Shown in pieces: positions 51,421-64,000 of a DNA stretch of 64,000 nucleotides. This DNA is from Yuukianura sp. NJ FZ-2021. Lineage: Eukaryota. Positions within the stretch are counted from its first letter, which is position 1. Every line of letters starts with the position of its first letter. A program made the translations under genes and the position numbers. The stretch covers positions 12,772,001 through 12,836,000 of the forward strand of contig CM102286.1 of the NCBI GenBank assembly GCA_046563655.1, given 5' to 3'. The notes below the pieces were generated by a model. It was not told the DNA's origin. It ran no database searches and saw only the letters and a program-made list of their open reading frames with translations.

Positions 51421-53041
51421 CATTCTTCTTGAAATCTGATTTAGGCGGGTACGCATGCTTCGAATTTGTTTCTAAGAGAAAGTACACATTTGAAACTGGC
51501 TTGTCATCCTGCGTATGCTGTATTTTGTGGTATGGAAACAAGAATTGATGCTAGTTCTAGATAACCAAAAAAATTAGTTTTTGCGCAGAGAAAGCATTAG
51601 AATTGTGAAGAACTTTTTAAAACTTTCGCCATAAGTCGTTCAACGAAAGGAAAACTTAAGCAAATTAGAAAGCGGAGAAAAGATTAGCCTTTGCATATAA
51701 CTTTTTAGCAATTTGTTAACTTCTAGACCTTTGTGTATAAAAGTACGCACTCCTTTATAAAAAGTGCATATGCTGGTAGAAAGTTTAGCCGGAAAAGTAA
51801 AGAACTTTGGAAATCCTGGAATTATAAAAGCGCCAAAGAACTTTGGAATATTACGCGCATCGTTTCACATTCTTCTATGAAAATTTTTGAAACGTTTTCG
51901 TCTGCAGTTTCAAAAAAGTAGAAGTTTTTCCTATAGTTTAAAAACAAGGTTTGGCGGTGAGACTTTTGAACTTTCCCGCACTTTTCACTGCTTTCCTCCA
52001 TCTTTTCACGGTTTCTCTCCCCAACTGAGAATGGTGAGATTGCATTCCCCTCCTTGTGCCATTTTATTATATTCAAGTGTCAGCCGAATTTGACATGTCT
52101 TCAATCATTTCCACTTTTAATAATTTCTTATACATTTCTTTTTACACTTTCACTTTTTTTGATTCACTGCAACTTTGTTCCTTTTCAAAACTTTTGAATT
52201 TCCAGTACTTCAATTTCCATGCTGCACCTTCCTGTCAAAAGAATTTTGGAAAAAAGTCAATGAAAGAAAAATCTTTTTTCAATTCAATTCAAAATCGTAA
52301 CGGAGGGTACAGAAGCAGATGGATTTTCACGCACTTTCTCTCGCTTTCACTTCTACGCCCCGCTATAATTCAAGTTGTCTCTTGTTTCGGAAATTTCAAA
52401 TTTGAATTTGAAAAAGGGCGCTACTGCCACTTTAGCATTTGAACAAATTCTGAAAGAAACTTTTTTTTAAGGTTCAAGGGAAGACACACGCTTTCGCTTT
52501 TGAATACCCCGCGATTGCATTGTACTGAAACTTTAGAGGGAGAGAACGTTGATGCGAATAATTGGAAGAGGTTTCATTTTACGATTTTGTCTTCATTAAG
52601 GAATAAGGAGATGCCGCCTCGTTGTCTTGTTTTTCAAAAGAGAAAGTCCAATTTATTTTAAATAAATGGCGAAAGGGGGAAGCGCGCTTTTTTGTTCTCA
52701 AAAAGTTCTAAGGAGAAAAGAATAAGGAGGAGGATGAAAGAAAATGAAATGTGAGAAAGTAGCAATTATTTGCTAGATAATAATGAAAGTTAAGAAAAAA
52801 TGAAGAAAGTCAGTCATTGTTATGTTCTTTTTTTAAATTAGTAATTAGATATGCTCCGGGAACAGGAACAAAAAAAGTTAGTTCCAATTTGGTTCTTTTT
52901 GAAACTTCAAAAACTTGTTTTTAGAAAACCTTGAACACCTAAATTGGCTTTTCCTTATTGTTTGAAAAATAAATTATAGTTGGTTCATTTGAATTTTCTT
53001 CAAAATTGTGAAATATAATTACATCATGTATAGTATGCAAG

Positions 53042-53160
53042 CAGTGTTCCGAGGTGCTTTAAAGCAGATGCTTTTTTTGCTTGCTTTTTTTTGCTTTAAA
53101 AGCAAAAGCAGCAAGCAGCGATTTTCACACTTGCTTTTTTTAAACTTGCTGTTTTTGAAA
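53042..53160 (+). mobile_element. Possible orphan end of a DNA transposon with TGCTTT/AAAGCA subterminal repeats
   Basis: Starts CAGTGTTCCG (hAT-like terminus), followed by the palindromes TGCTTTAAAGCA and TTGCTTTAAAAGCAA and several TTGCTTT repeats. No matching opposite end was found in the window. Confidence 0.3.
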
Positions 53161-54116
53161 GACCAATTAATTAACTTTTTTTAAGACAAATTCTTCGTTT
53201 TCTAAGGTAAAACGGTCATAAACTAACTTTAGTTACGTTATATAACAAGAATAAGGTGATTTTGACGTATAATACGTTAGTTTCACGTTAGTCGATTTTG
53301 CAATATACAGTAGTATTTGAGCAAAAATTTGTGCAGTTGTGCAAAAAAATAATGACATATGACATTGGCCGTAAAGTAGTTGATTCATCAATATCAATTG
53401 AATTAATCATGTTAAGAGTCGGCTGTGGCATAGCGTGCTCAAACTCAATTTTTCAATTTCATTTTAAACTCGAGTTGTTCAATTTGTGTTAAATTTTTTA
53501 TTAATACAAGTTTCAATATAGTCACATCGATTTTTTAAAGAAAAAATGTCAACCTAATTTTTCAACTGTAGATTATAACGCTAAAACCTGTTTATGTTTT
53601 TAGCAACTAGCTAAAAATTACAATCCGGATTTTTAGGAAGAACTGTTTTAGTTTTACATTATGACAGTAATTACACTTTAAATGTTTGAAAAATTACAAC
53701 TTACTAAAATTTGGAATCTATATTAACTTTATGCCTAAATTTAACTTGTTAGCTTATGATTAGGTTTACAATAAGTTATAGTAGACAAAGCCAAACACAA
53801 CAGGTACACTTTCACAAAACTCTTGCGATTCATAGACGGGGTCATAGGTCATTACGCTCACTTTGGTATACACGAAAATATAGTTTAGGAGTAGAATTCA
53901 CAGGAGGAATTGGCGGGAAAATTCAAAACTTGTTTTTTGAAATGACTTTGTGGGTAAATTCTTCTGAAAGGGCAAAGGTCAAGTAGAGATTTTTGGTGGA
54001 ACGAGCGCCGCTGTTGGAACTTTTACACAAAATGTGTAATTTTAGCTTTGTATAAACTTCAAGTCTATGATGTAATGTTAGCTCTAAACTTAACTTTCAC
54101 CAAAGCCCGGGGCAAT

Positions 54117-57100
54117 TCATCTTTCGATCAACGGTGGACTGAAACCTTTCGAAGGAGGATATTTGGTAGGGCTAGAAAAGGATTCAGCGGAGCTTGAGAA
54201 ATTCAAGATTTCTATTCGACTTTGCAGTTCAATTGCCGTTTCGGCATCCAGTGTTGAAATTTGGAACACTTTTGGGATTGGTGGATTTGGCCGTTTTTGG
54301 TGTTGGGAAAGTTTGGATGTGGCTGAAGATCCAAATTTGGCTGAATTGAAATTCTGTGCGTTGACCAGTCGTCGCTGATTGGTGGAGTAGGTGGCGGGAA
54401 ATAAGCTGATGGAGAGGACTGTCGAGGTTAAAAGGAGGACGAAAATCCATGAAGATCCCATCAGCTTAGTGGAATGACTTTGACTACCATGCTGCATCGC
54501 AGCGGGCTTCTCACCTGAAGTTCAAAAAAAGTGTTTTTAGTTTCTTTCAAAGTCAAAAAAAATTCTACAACGCCTACACGAGAATAGAGCAAAGATGAAA
54601 AAATTGAGAAAGATTTCCAAAGACTCTTTTTCCTTTGAAAATAAGTTACTCAGATTTTTTTTTGAAGATTTGACATTTGAACCTCCGCACCAGCGATTTC
54701 CATTTCAAATGTAAGAATATATTTCTGCGTAAGACTTGATCATAACAAATAGACGTTAATTTTGAATGCATCATGCCCGCCGTGTATAACTTCCAAAAAA
54801 ATTTTTTTCGTGTGGCGTGAAAAATCTAGAAATAGATTTATTTTCAAACTACTTTTCTTAGAAATAACCTCTAAACTTTTTACAAGGTAGAGGCTCAGGG
54901 GACTTTGCATTTTTTTTTATTTGAAAGAAAAGCTGAGGTTCAAACTCCAAACTTTTCTTCCACCTTTGTGCCCAAAACCTTAACTTTCTCCTTGGAAATA
55001 GAGAGGGGCGTTTCAATAGGAAACTCGGCAGCATCGTATTCATTCATAATTGAATTTACAGAAAGTGTTTGGAATAAAAACATAAAATATATGGGAAAGT
55101 TTCACTTTTCAGAAGAAAAAAGTTTCAAATTTAGCTCCTCCATTTTACTTCACTGCACTTCCAAAACCTCGAAAATTTGAACTTATTCGATTTTAGTGAA
55201 TAAGGATTTTGGTTTTTAGAACAACCAATGAGAAACATCAACATTGCGAGTAGCAACATTTGCTCCAACGCCATTCTAGTTTGTTCTTAGGGTCATAAAC
55301 CTTCGAAAAAGTTGACCTTTGACCTTACCGTTGAGTATATGTACAGAGATGCTCGTCGGACGTGCATTTGATGGTGTACAAGTGTAGTTTCCGCTATCAT
55401 TTTTCTGTGCATCTTCTATGATGAGGACACTCTTTTCTGCGTCATTGTTTACGACAACTCCGCGCACACTGTCGTAGTTGATCATTCGATCATTGTGGTA
55501 CCAAAACACGAAAGTTGGTGGTTCCGTACTTTCACGTAGAACACAAACGAGTTCAAACGTACTTCCGCTTCGTACGTGCTTATCCGGTTCACCCAAAATT
55601 TCTGCTCTGGCTTCTAAAAAATTTGAAAAGAAAACAATTCAAATTCTATTTCCAATTTCCAGTTCTTTTTGTTCAGAATGAGAAATGAACTTAATTTGGT
55701 TTATGTTTGTGTGCAAAAACTTTCTCTCTCGACAAAACCTTCACTTTTTTAGAACATTACAAAGTTGGAACTTGAAGAAAGTTCATTAGTTTTAGTAACT
55801 CATAAAAGGAAATTTATTTTTGTAGGAACTCATATGTACTAACGCTAAAAAAGAAAGTGTAAGTTGGTTTCCCCTTGGACACGCTTCCATGGTAGTCTAG
55901 AGCCCTAAATCATCCCAACAATTTCAATTGGCCTCCAAACCCAAAATGCCAAGTAAATGTAGCAGAAGGGCATTTTAGTCACCCTCGATCCAGACTTCCC
56001 CTTCTCTCCGAAGTTAGGTTAACGTTAGGCTATTAGGTTAGGTTTTGGCTGTTCTGTTGACATTGTAGCCTGACCCAACGCTTTAAGCTCTGTCATCACA
56101 AGCGACATGGCGTGAAGGACATGATTAGAGTTCCAAGGGGATCCGATTCATCTTAACTAAATTAGATGACGTGTAAAAGTTGGTTCCTGGAAGCAATCGA
56201 GCAGTGTAACACGAGACGCTTCTACTTAATCTTCTCTCTGCCAACGTTATTTTGTCAATTGACGATAAGATGAAACGCTCCCGCTTTTTTTTGAAATTTG
56301 AGATGCACGGTTGACTCTTAGACAAAACCTAAGCATAGCGCCTATTTTCTCCCAATTTGAATTTCGCCAGTTTTGAACAAAGTTGGAATTGGAAATGATT
56401 GTAACTTTCCAAAAAGTTTCTATTCATAACTTTTGTTCAATTTTACAATAGTTCGATTTAGCAAAGGAAACAGAGAGCTTGAGGCTTTTGTGTGTGACTA
56501 GAGAAATGGTTGTGAATCAATACAACTGTGGTGGCTTTGAGTTCTTGAGGATAATGCTTAAGCCCCATTTACGACCTACTAATGGCCTGTTAGGCATTGA
56601 ATAATTTATCGAACCTAAAGGAGAAAGTCCTAACTGTGGAGCCCCTATGCTGTTAAGGTTAACCTATAACTTTGGGATAGCCTATTCTGTACCCCGGTAG
56701 TGAAAGTTCCATTGTGAGAGAGATCCACCCTAACTTCCGGAAGCCCTTTGAGAAATTAGATTCCTTATCTGGGCTCATAATGCCCATTATAACTTGCTGT
56801 AAGAAGCTCATCCAGTTAAGGTTAGGCTAGTATAACATAACCTAACTTAACCTAGGTCCCTACACGAAGAGGGAAGAAACTACCCTAATAATTTCGTGGT
56901 ACAGATTTTATGGGAAAGTTGGAGAAAGCCCAAAGCCTCGTAGACATCTACTCATCTTTTCTTTTGCTTCTTTTTCTAGTCAGCTCAAAGCGATAAACCC
57001 TATTTTTACAGACTGCATTTTTAGTTTATGGGGGGAGAACTATTTCCACATACGGAGGTATAAGTGCTGACGACCACAAAAAGTAGGTTAACGTAGCCTA

Positions 57101-57588
57101 ACTTAAAGTAATTAAATGGAAGCTCGGAGAGAAACTGTGTAAAAACGTCGGAAATGCCACTTTCTCTTTTTTTGCGATACGCTAAATTTTCTGGTGCCTT
57201 TGATGACAGGTTTCGAACTAATGATTTTGGGTTTCCAATTTAAATTTTCAAAATCGATAGTTTAGAATAGTAGCAAAATATTTTAATGAACCTTACCTAC
57301 TACGCGTAGTGTAATGTAAATACTGGTAGGCGGATGAGTAGATATTTGGCATTCGTAGGTTCCTTCATCAGTTGCTTTTACATACTTAATGTGTAGCTCC
57401 CAATTCTAAAATTCAATAAGATGAAAAGTAAAATTCAGGTATTTTAATAAGTTAGAAATAGATTTTTTTGTTGAAATTTTATTTACTTGTGTTGTGCGGC
57501 TATGTGAAACATAAAATCTGTCATCATGTGTGATTGTGCCCATTCCAACTGTGAGAAGACTGTAGTCCCGCCTCCTCATCCAGGATGC
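54117..57588 (-). CDS. Dpr/ZIG-8-type two-Ig cell-surface protein, 5'-partial
   Basis: Exons 57588-57487 (ASWMRRRDYSLLTVG...DDRF), 57405-57297 (NWELHIKYVKATDEGTYECQISTHPP), 55613-55329 (ILGEPDKHVRSGSTFELVC...FVFWYHNDRMINYD...DSGNYTCTPSNARP), 54514-54117 (GEKPAAMQH, hydrophobic segment, tail). Phases consistent. The signal peptide and first Ig strand were not found in 57.6-64 kb, so they probably lie beyond the window. Confidence 0.88.
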
Positions 57589-60500
57589 CTGAAAACAAAA
57601 TTTTTAAATTGAAGTTTTTTGTTTAAGTCGTCGTTCCTTGTCCGAAAACTTTTTAGCGGCAAATATTATTTTAAAATGCACTTTTCTTTTATATTTTCAA
57701 CGTTGGAGGGTGCGAAGTGCAGCAATCCAAAAATACCTCCCGACCTCCTTTTCGAAAAACAAGCTCATCAAAATTTCATAAAAGAAAGTTACAGATAAAG
57801 AAAGAAAAGCGTTGGAGACGCTGTCGTCATTCCCTTTTCATTTTTGAAGAAGACGAATTTAAAAAAAAAGTTAAGGACTTCATAATTTGAAGCGCTCACA
57901 GTCCCATACTGTAGCCTTTCACATGAATCGTGGAGAAACGGAAAGAAGCCTCCCGCGGGACTTCAAACTTTGTAATTTCAAAAGTTAACTCCCCGCCTAC
58001 CCACATGTCAAGGTAAAGTTAATTTTTAGAGCGGACCAACCACTGCTGACTAACTTGAAAGTCTCCGTGTGCCAACAGAATCTTTTTAGGATTGTAGTAA
58101 AAGTTTTCCAAAAGTCCTAAAAGTAGCAGGGGATCTAATTCATCTCTACACGACTCTCGGGAGAAAAGCTTTCCTCGGAACGACTTATAATGAATTTGTT
58201 CATAAAAATTATGCATAGCTACAATCTAATATTGAAAACTTTTTGATAGAATGAGGAAATTACTCTAGAAAAAGTTGGGGTTCTGGGAAAGCCTAATGCC
58301 AACAGAAAGAACAAAAGAAGTCAGAGATTTCTACTTTCTTCAAATTATAAATTCGTTCCGGATGCTCTGAGAAAAAAGAAGATGAAGACAGAAGGGAACA
58401 TCATCAAGAAAGTCTATCGTTAATTTCCATCAAAAGCGCGCAGAGTGTGAAAGTCAGTGAAAAGACAAAAGTTGCAAATTTTTTGCAAATCTAGGTCACT
58501 CCCTAGATTCTTCCTGGAGCGAAAAAAAAGAGCGAAGGATAGCTTCTTTTTTCCTGAACGAAAGCAAGTTTGCAAAAGTTTTTCTCGTTGCGAAATTTTT
58601 CAATAAACTTTTTTCCCCCTTTATTCTCTACTTCATTTAGCAATTTTCTTTCTTCTTGCAAAAACGCCAAAGGCTAATAACGCTCGTCTTACTTTTTTCT
58701 CCAACTTTAATTTTTACAAACTGAATTAATTTTTTTTTCGTTACTAATTTCAATTTTTCTTCTGTCGTATAATTTGTGCTCCTTCAATCGTAATTACGAA
58801 TTAGGTGGGAGAATTTGAAAAATGTCACAAGAAAAAATCGGTAACTAAATTTATAGCTAGCAAAATTGTGTGGTTAAAACTTGGATACTAATTTTATTGA
58901 AATTTTTGAAAAAAAAAGTTCCTTTTTGTTGGTGTTTTAAACAGAAAAGCCGATTTTAATTGAATGGCGAAAAAAGGTAATTTCGAATCTAAAGAGAAAA
59001 GTATTTTTAGAAAAAGTAAAACTTGAATGCTGGGTTTGAATTGAAAACGTGTGGACTTCAAAGAAATTATTTTCGAAATTGGGTCAGAGAATCCATGAGG
59101 GAGAAAAAGTGAAGTTTTTAAAATTTCCTTTGGAATAAGAAAATAAGTGTTGAAGCCAAAACCACAGAAGTGGATGTAGGGCACAACGGGAGAAAGTACT
59201 TGGGCAACATTCCACTCTCAGTTTGTATTTTGAAATGGCGGGAATTACGTTTCAAATCACGAACTCATTCACAAAGCAGCTTATCTTGCCGCTTCATGCT
59301 CCAATCCCACATTCCCACTCCCCGAATCTATTCTCTTCTTCTTTTCACGAGACATTTAACTTTAACGCTACACTGTTTACCTCATCTAAATGATCAACTG
59401 TTATGGAAATTGCATTTTCAAACCAAATATGCTTTCCCTCCATTCATTCCTTTGACTGGTAAAAAGTTCAGCCAAGTTCTTTATTCAACACGAACCCTCG
59501 CATTACCTAACCTCCACATAGTTTAGCGTTTTTGGCGGAGAAAGTGCCAGAGACAAAATCTAATGGAATTTTGCACACCTAAATGAAACATAAAGAGGTA
59601 AATTTAGAATATATGGATTTATAGTATGCATTTTGCACAAAGGTCATTGACCTTGTAATGGCCCGCTCTTATTCGGTCGGCTTCACTTTTGCGTCTCGGT
59701 TCTTAAAGGTCCACAGTGCACTAGCAAATTCCAAAATTTTTCGAAAATTTCAAAAATTTTGTGTACACCGAGGTTTATTTTACGGAGTTACGTGTATAAG
59801 TTTTATTTTAAGAATTTAAAACTAACATAACACAGCAAAGCTATATCGATTTCCAAAAAAAAATAGGAAAAACTCCATAGCTAGTTCAAGGAGCTCAGCT
59901 TTTTTCAAAACTTGCATTTTTCTCAAAAAAGAGTTTTGCAATTCCAACCAAAGGCGATTTGTCGCAGAGTTTCTCGAAAACGATCTTGCAGAATATGCTT
60001 ATTTGTAAATCTTTTATGCTATTGCAAAGTGTATGGAGTAACTTGATCGAATCATCTTAGAGTGCCTACCATTTCAAACTCACTTCAATAGAAATAGAAA
60101 GTACGCTTAAGGTTAGATTTTGTTAGAGTGAACGAAGAAACGACGACCTTGTTACCCGAATTCACAACCAAAATCTTGATGTCTGTATCATTTGAGTTTC
60201 TCCATTCTAGCAAAGAAATCTCTTCCCCCGCTTTCCACGACAAACCGAGACAGAAAATGCCGATAAATCACGGCTCACTGTACGGTTTGAAGGCAAGTAA
60301 CGGCTGGAAAATTTGCGAGGCAGAAGCTCCTTTAATAATGTTGGGTTTATTCAGCTTTAGTTGAAAGCGGACCCTGTATGTGTCCCTCCGTCTTCTATGA
60401 ATATTTCTCTTATCCTAGTAATACAGATCGGTATCTGTAGAAGTGAAAGTCCTAGTGAAAGTGTCTAGCGCACTATCTAGAATTTTGAAGTTTGAGGATT

Positions 60501-62495
60501 TTGGTTGATCGTGCTCAAGCAAAACAGTCCAAGTTCTTTCTAAATTCTGGAAATGAAATGGAGGCTACTTCGTCTCTGGTTGACTAAACTGCGAAGGCCC
60601 TTGAGGAATCTGATATGTTGTTCAATGGAAATGACATGTGTGACCTCAAAAACCGAATTGCATCTCTGCATAACACAGGCGAGTAATAAAGTGAAAGCTG
60701 GAGTGGAACTGATGAGCACGCATGAGAATTTGAAATTTGAAGTTGTTGTGAAAGTACAAATAAACATCTAGTTATCGGCACAAACGCTAAGCTTCTAAGC
60801 AGTATTATCGCTGTTCTAAAATTCTGTTCTAAAATTATGGATAACAATTTTCAACAGCCGAAAAAGCTGCTGAGGCGGCTTTTGCAGAAAATTTGTGCGT
60901 CGGTTTTTCACGGCGCGGCAGTTTCTGGCTCTCCAAAGAGTCCATTACGGTAGACTTTATTAGATCCTTGAGTGAAAATAGGATGGAGAAAGTGACAATA
61001 ATAAAATAAACTCGGCAAGTACTTTTCGAAACTGGTGCATTTTCTGGGAGGCTTAGTCTTGCTTAGGAAACAAGGTCCGGGTATACAGTCGACGAGGGAG
61101 TGTTTGAAAAACGAAACTCGTATTTTTGTTGCCCATCTGAAAAGTACTCCTCCAAGGCTGGTTTCCATAAATGAATTTTTAGAGCCGGATTTAGAATTTG
61201 AAAGAGGAAGGAACTGGGAAGCTAATTCACACTTCTACCTTTCCTTATAACTCTACACTTGTTTTCTCTTTTAAGTTTGGTTTGGAACGAGGGTGAGCGT
61301 GACTAGGAAATTCAAAAAGTGGCGGGGGAAGGACTTTGGGAAGAAACATGGAAACATTAGCGGTTTAGGAAATTCATAAACATAAGAATTTATTACCCAA
61401 CTCTAATGGTTTTGGCGTGAAGAGACATGATTCATAGCTTTTAGAAAATAGGGAAGCAAAACGGTTTAGTCTAAGAAAAGTTTTAGAAATTGGGAGGGTA
61501 GCCAGATTTACTTGAAATTTTGGCCATGATTCATGATTCATGAACGCTCGAGTCAACCGAAATTATTTGAAAATAGTAACACTTTTTGATGAAAAAAAAT
61601 AAATGAAAAATTTACGTCCAAATGCAGTAACAAATGATAACGCTGTTCCGTATTTTTTTTAATTGATACGTTTATAAAGTAGCAATTTCAAATTCCAAAA
61701 CGGCTTTTCAAAAATTGCGGACGTTTTCACTAAATTTTTGACTTGACAATGGCAAGAAACTTTTAGCACAAAATTCTGCATTCTATCAATACGTGGAAAT
61801 GAAAAGAGCATGTTGAAATATGTCTGACGCAAATAACTATCTCATCGTCAGTTATTTAAAAATTCCAAATTGGCGAACTTGAACATGCAAAAGAAATGTC
61901 ATTTTCGAAAATTATCGTTATTATAATTTTCCATGTTCACGAAATTTTTCTTTTCTTTTTATGTTTCGTAATTTTCTATGTTTAGTTTAGCTTATTTGGC
62001 TTGAATACACGTGTGTGTATTGATCTAATGCTCATTGACCTATTAACTTTGTCAACTCTATAATTACGCTAACATGGATGATGTTCAAAGGCTGTTCGAA
62101 GTTTACTTTCCAAATGCGCGCCAAAGTCCAATAATTGGACAAAGCTTAGAGAAATTTCCCAATGAACTTTCGATCTCTGTGGTAACTATGCTCCATAGAT
62201 TTGCTGCAGTGGTTGAAATTAGGCCGAAGTTGTTTTGTAATCTAGAGAGTAAGTTTTGGCGGGAAACCTTGAGTGACAGGGAATCCTCTTACGTGGTTCC
62301 CATTTGAAGTGGTTTCGTCCTAATCTGAAATGACATTCCCCGTCCCGCAGAAGTTCAACTTTCCAAACTTTCTTCTTCGACTCCTACATTTCCTGTCGTT
62401 TCAAGCACAAAGTTATTGTTTCCTTTTGTCTTTTGACAGGAACTGACGGCAAAGGCGGAGGTCACAGGTGCATTAGGCCATTTCTTGCTTAAGAC

Positions 62496-62776
62496 CAAGG
62501 TTTGATGACTTTGATTTTCTTTAACAGGCTGGGTAGTATCTCATGTTTTTTTTTTGATTTTGCAAAAAAAAAAGTAACTTTTCTTTTCAGGGCATTGTAG
62601 TGATAACAATACAACCGAACTTTTTAAATTTTGCGTACGAATTGGTACCATTTTTTGGATTGGTACTAGAATTGGTACTGAATTTTGGATTTTTTTTTTG
62701 TTTTTTTTTTTTGTCAACAAACGAGGCAGTACCCAACCTGTTAAAGAAAATTCGCTTTTCGTTATAAGCAACCTTG
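62496..62776 (-). mobile_element. Non-autonomous TIR element (MITE), copy 2, probably in a large Dpr intron
   Basis: Ends CAAGGTT (62496) and AACCTTG (62776), internal inverted repeat ttttctttaacaggctgggta / tacccaacctgttaaagaaaa, flanked by cttaagac / cttaagtc (8-bp TSD, one mismatch). Homologous to 41895-42128 in the opposite orientation. Confidence 0.8.
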
Positions 62777-64000
62777 CTTAAGTCACTGTCTCGAATCTAA
62801 CCTTCTACAGTCCTAGATCCCGAAATGACTAACTAACCTTCCCTAGATCAACAATAGAGACGCCTCTTCTCCTGTATCTCTTCTAACAAAGTGAAACTCT
62901 TAAAACAACACAAAAGACTAAAACTGAAGTAAAAAGTAACAAGGAACGTCTCTGCTAAAGTTGCTCCAAAACCTTCCATAGTTTTCTTTTTCTTTCTTCA
63001 AAGGAAAAAAGCAACAAAAGTTTCTCTCTTGCCTTGTACCAAGTCTCTAACTAGGAATGTTCCTTCGTTAGTCTAGGTTGGGCTTCCTAAAACATTATTC
63101 TCTCCTCGTCAATAGGTCTTTTACAGAAGAAACAAGTACAAAGACGTAAACCTAAGGCTGAGAGATTTGTTCCAAGAAAAGAGGAGCACTTTTCGTCAGA
63201 GTAGGGGAAAAGAAAAACGTTCGTGAAAAGAATGGTTGATGAGAAAAAGTCGAGGAATGAAAGGAATCAAGACTTTTAATCCAAGAAAGAAAGCAGAGTT
63301 GGGCATTTGGCTTCTTCCGAAATGATGAAATGCCTCCTGCATTATTACTTGTACAGCAGTGGTATGTTGTGAGGGAGGGTGAAAGTACAGAGTTGGGCAG
63401 CAGGGTGGGATATGGTGTGAATGTAATCTGTAGCCATAAAGCCAAAGTCTTTTCAAAGAAAAAGAAACGGCACAAAAAATTGGAATGACGAAAGGTGAAA
63501 GTCTTTTTCAGTTTTCGTCATATCGTCTCTTTTTTTGGCGGGAGAAAGTAAAACATAACTTGTCTCTATCCTGCCGCTTAGAAAGGAAGTGTCTTAATGG
63601 ACAAGTTGTGTTTTTGTGGGCGGTAAGGTTGGGTGTGTTTTCTCTTACTTTTGTTAAGGTTGGGTTTTCTTGTTAGGCTAAAAGAAGGATTTTTTGTGAT
63701 GTAAGGTTAACTTTAGGTTAGGTTCTAAAAAGTGGTGGAGCGTAAAGAACGTAATCTTGGCAATCTTGGAGAATGAGTTATTAGCTCTTCCTGCTCGACA
63801 GGTCGGAAGACTTTGAGAGTGAAAGTAAGACAGAGATCCCCACCTACTACGGCAAAATTAATGCGGAGAAAGTGAAAGCATAGTTTATTCCCATAAATAA
63901 AAAGCAGAAGCAAACAACCTACACAAACTCTTCATCTTTTTGTTTAAAAATGACGACCAGAGTTTAGTTCGACTAATCTTTTTTCAGTTTCTGCTAATTT

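Noticed and set aside
57600..64000. Search for the missing 5' Dpr exons (signal peptide, first Ig cysteine)
   Set aside because: No convincing exon found by eye on the - strand; treated as one large intron running out of the window.
1..64000. Prokaryotic systems (CRISPR arrays, operons, defence or phage genes), rRNA and autonomous transposon ORFs
   Set aside because: The window is spliced eukaryotic DNA; I saw no repeat-spacer array, rRNA, transposase or reverse-transcriptase motif.

Overview
Eukaryotic, intron-containing genomic DNA, most likely from an arthropod (inferred from the gene set, the ~60-110 nt GT-AG introns and the TTAGG motifs). The bacterial-style ORF track only captures exon fragments, so I rebuilt gene models by hand from splice sites and reading phase. 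In order: (1) a large X11/Mint/LIN-10 (APBA) scaffold gene on + (2677-24483; long disordered N-terminus, then PTB and two PDZ domains); (2) two small unrecognised spliced genes (25772-27269 and 28194-28786); (3) SEC63 on - (28992-32227); (4) head-to-head with it, a 16-exon, ~1078-aa M16C-family metallopeptidase homologue with an open frame but a degenerate zinc-binding/catalytic motif (33372-37791); (5) a GAF-GAF PDE10-like phosphodiesterase (38696-42717) with a probable GC-AG intron; (6) a divergent DUOXA/NIP-like gene on - (43082-44911); (7) about 9 kb with no recognisable gene; (8) the 3' part of a Dpr/ZIG-8-type two-Ig gene on - (54117-57588, 5' end not seen). Best leads: the apparent M16C pseudo-peptidase, an X11 cassette exon carrying a second copy of the PTB first strand/helix, a two-copy MITE family with CAAGG ends and 8-9 bp target-site duplications, and enrichment of (TTAGG)2 in the long introns. 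Family assignments come from recalled motifs; no database search was run.
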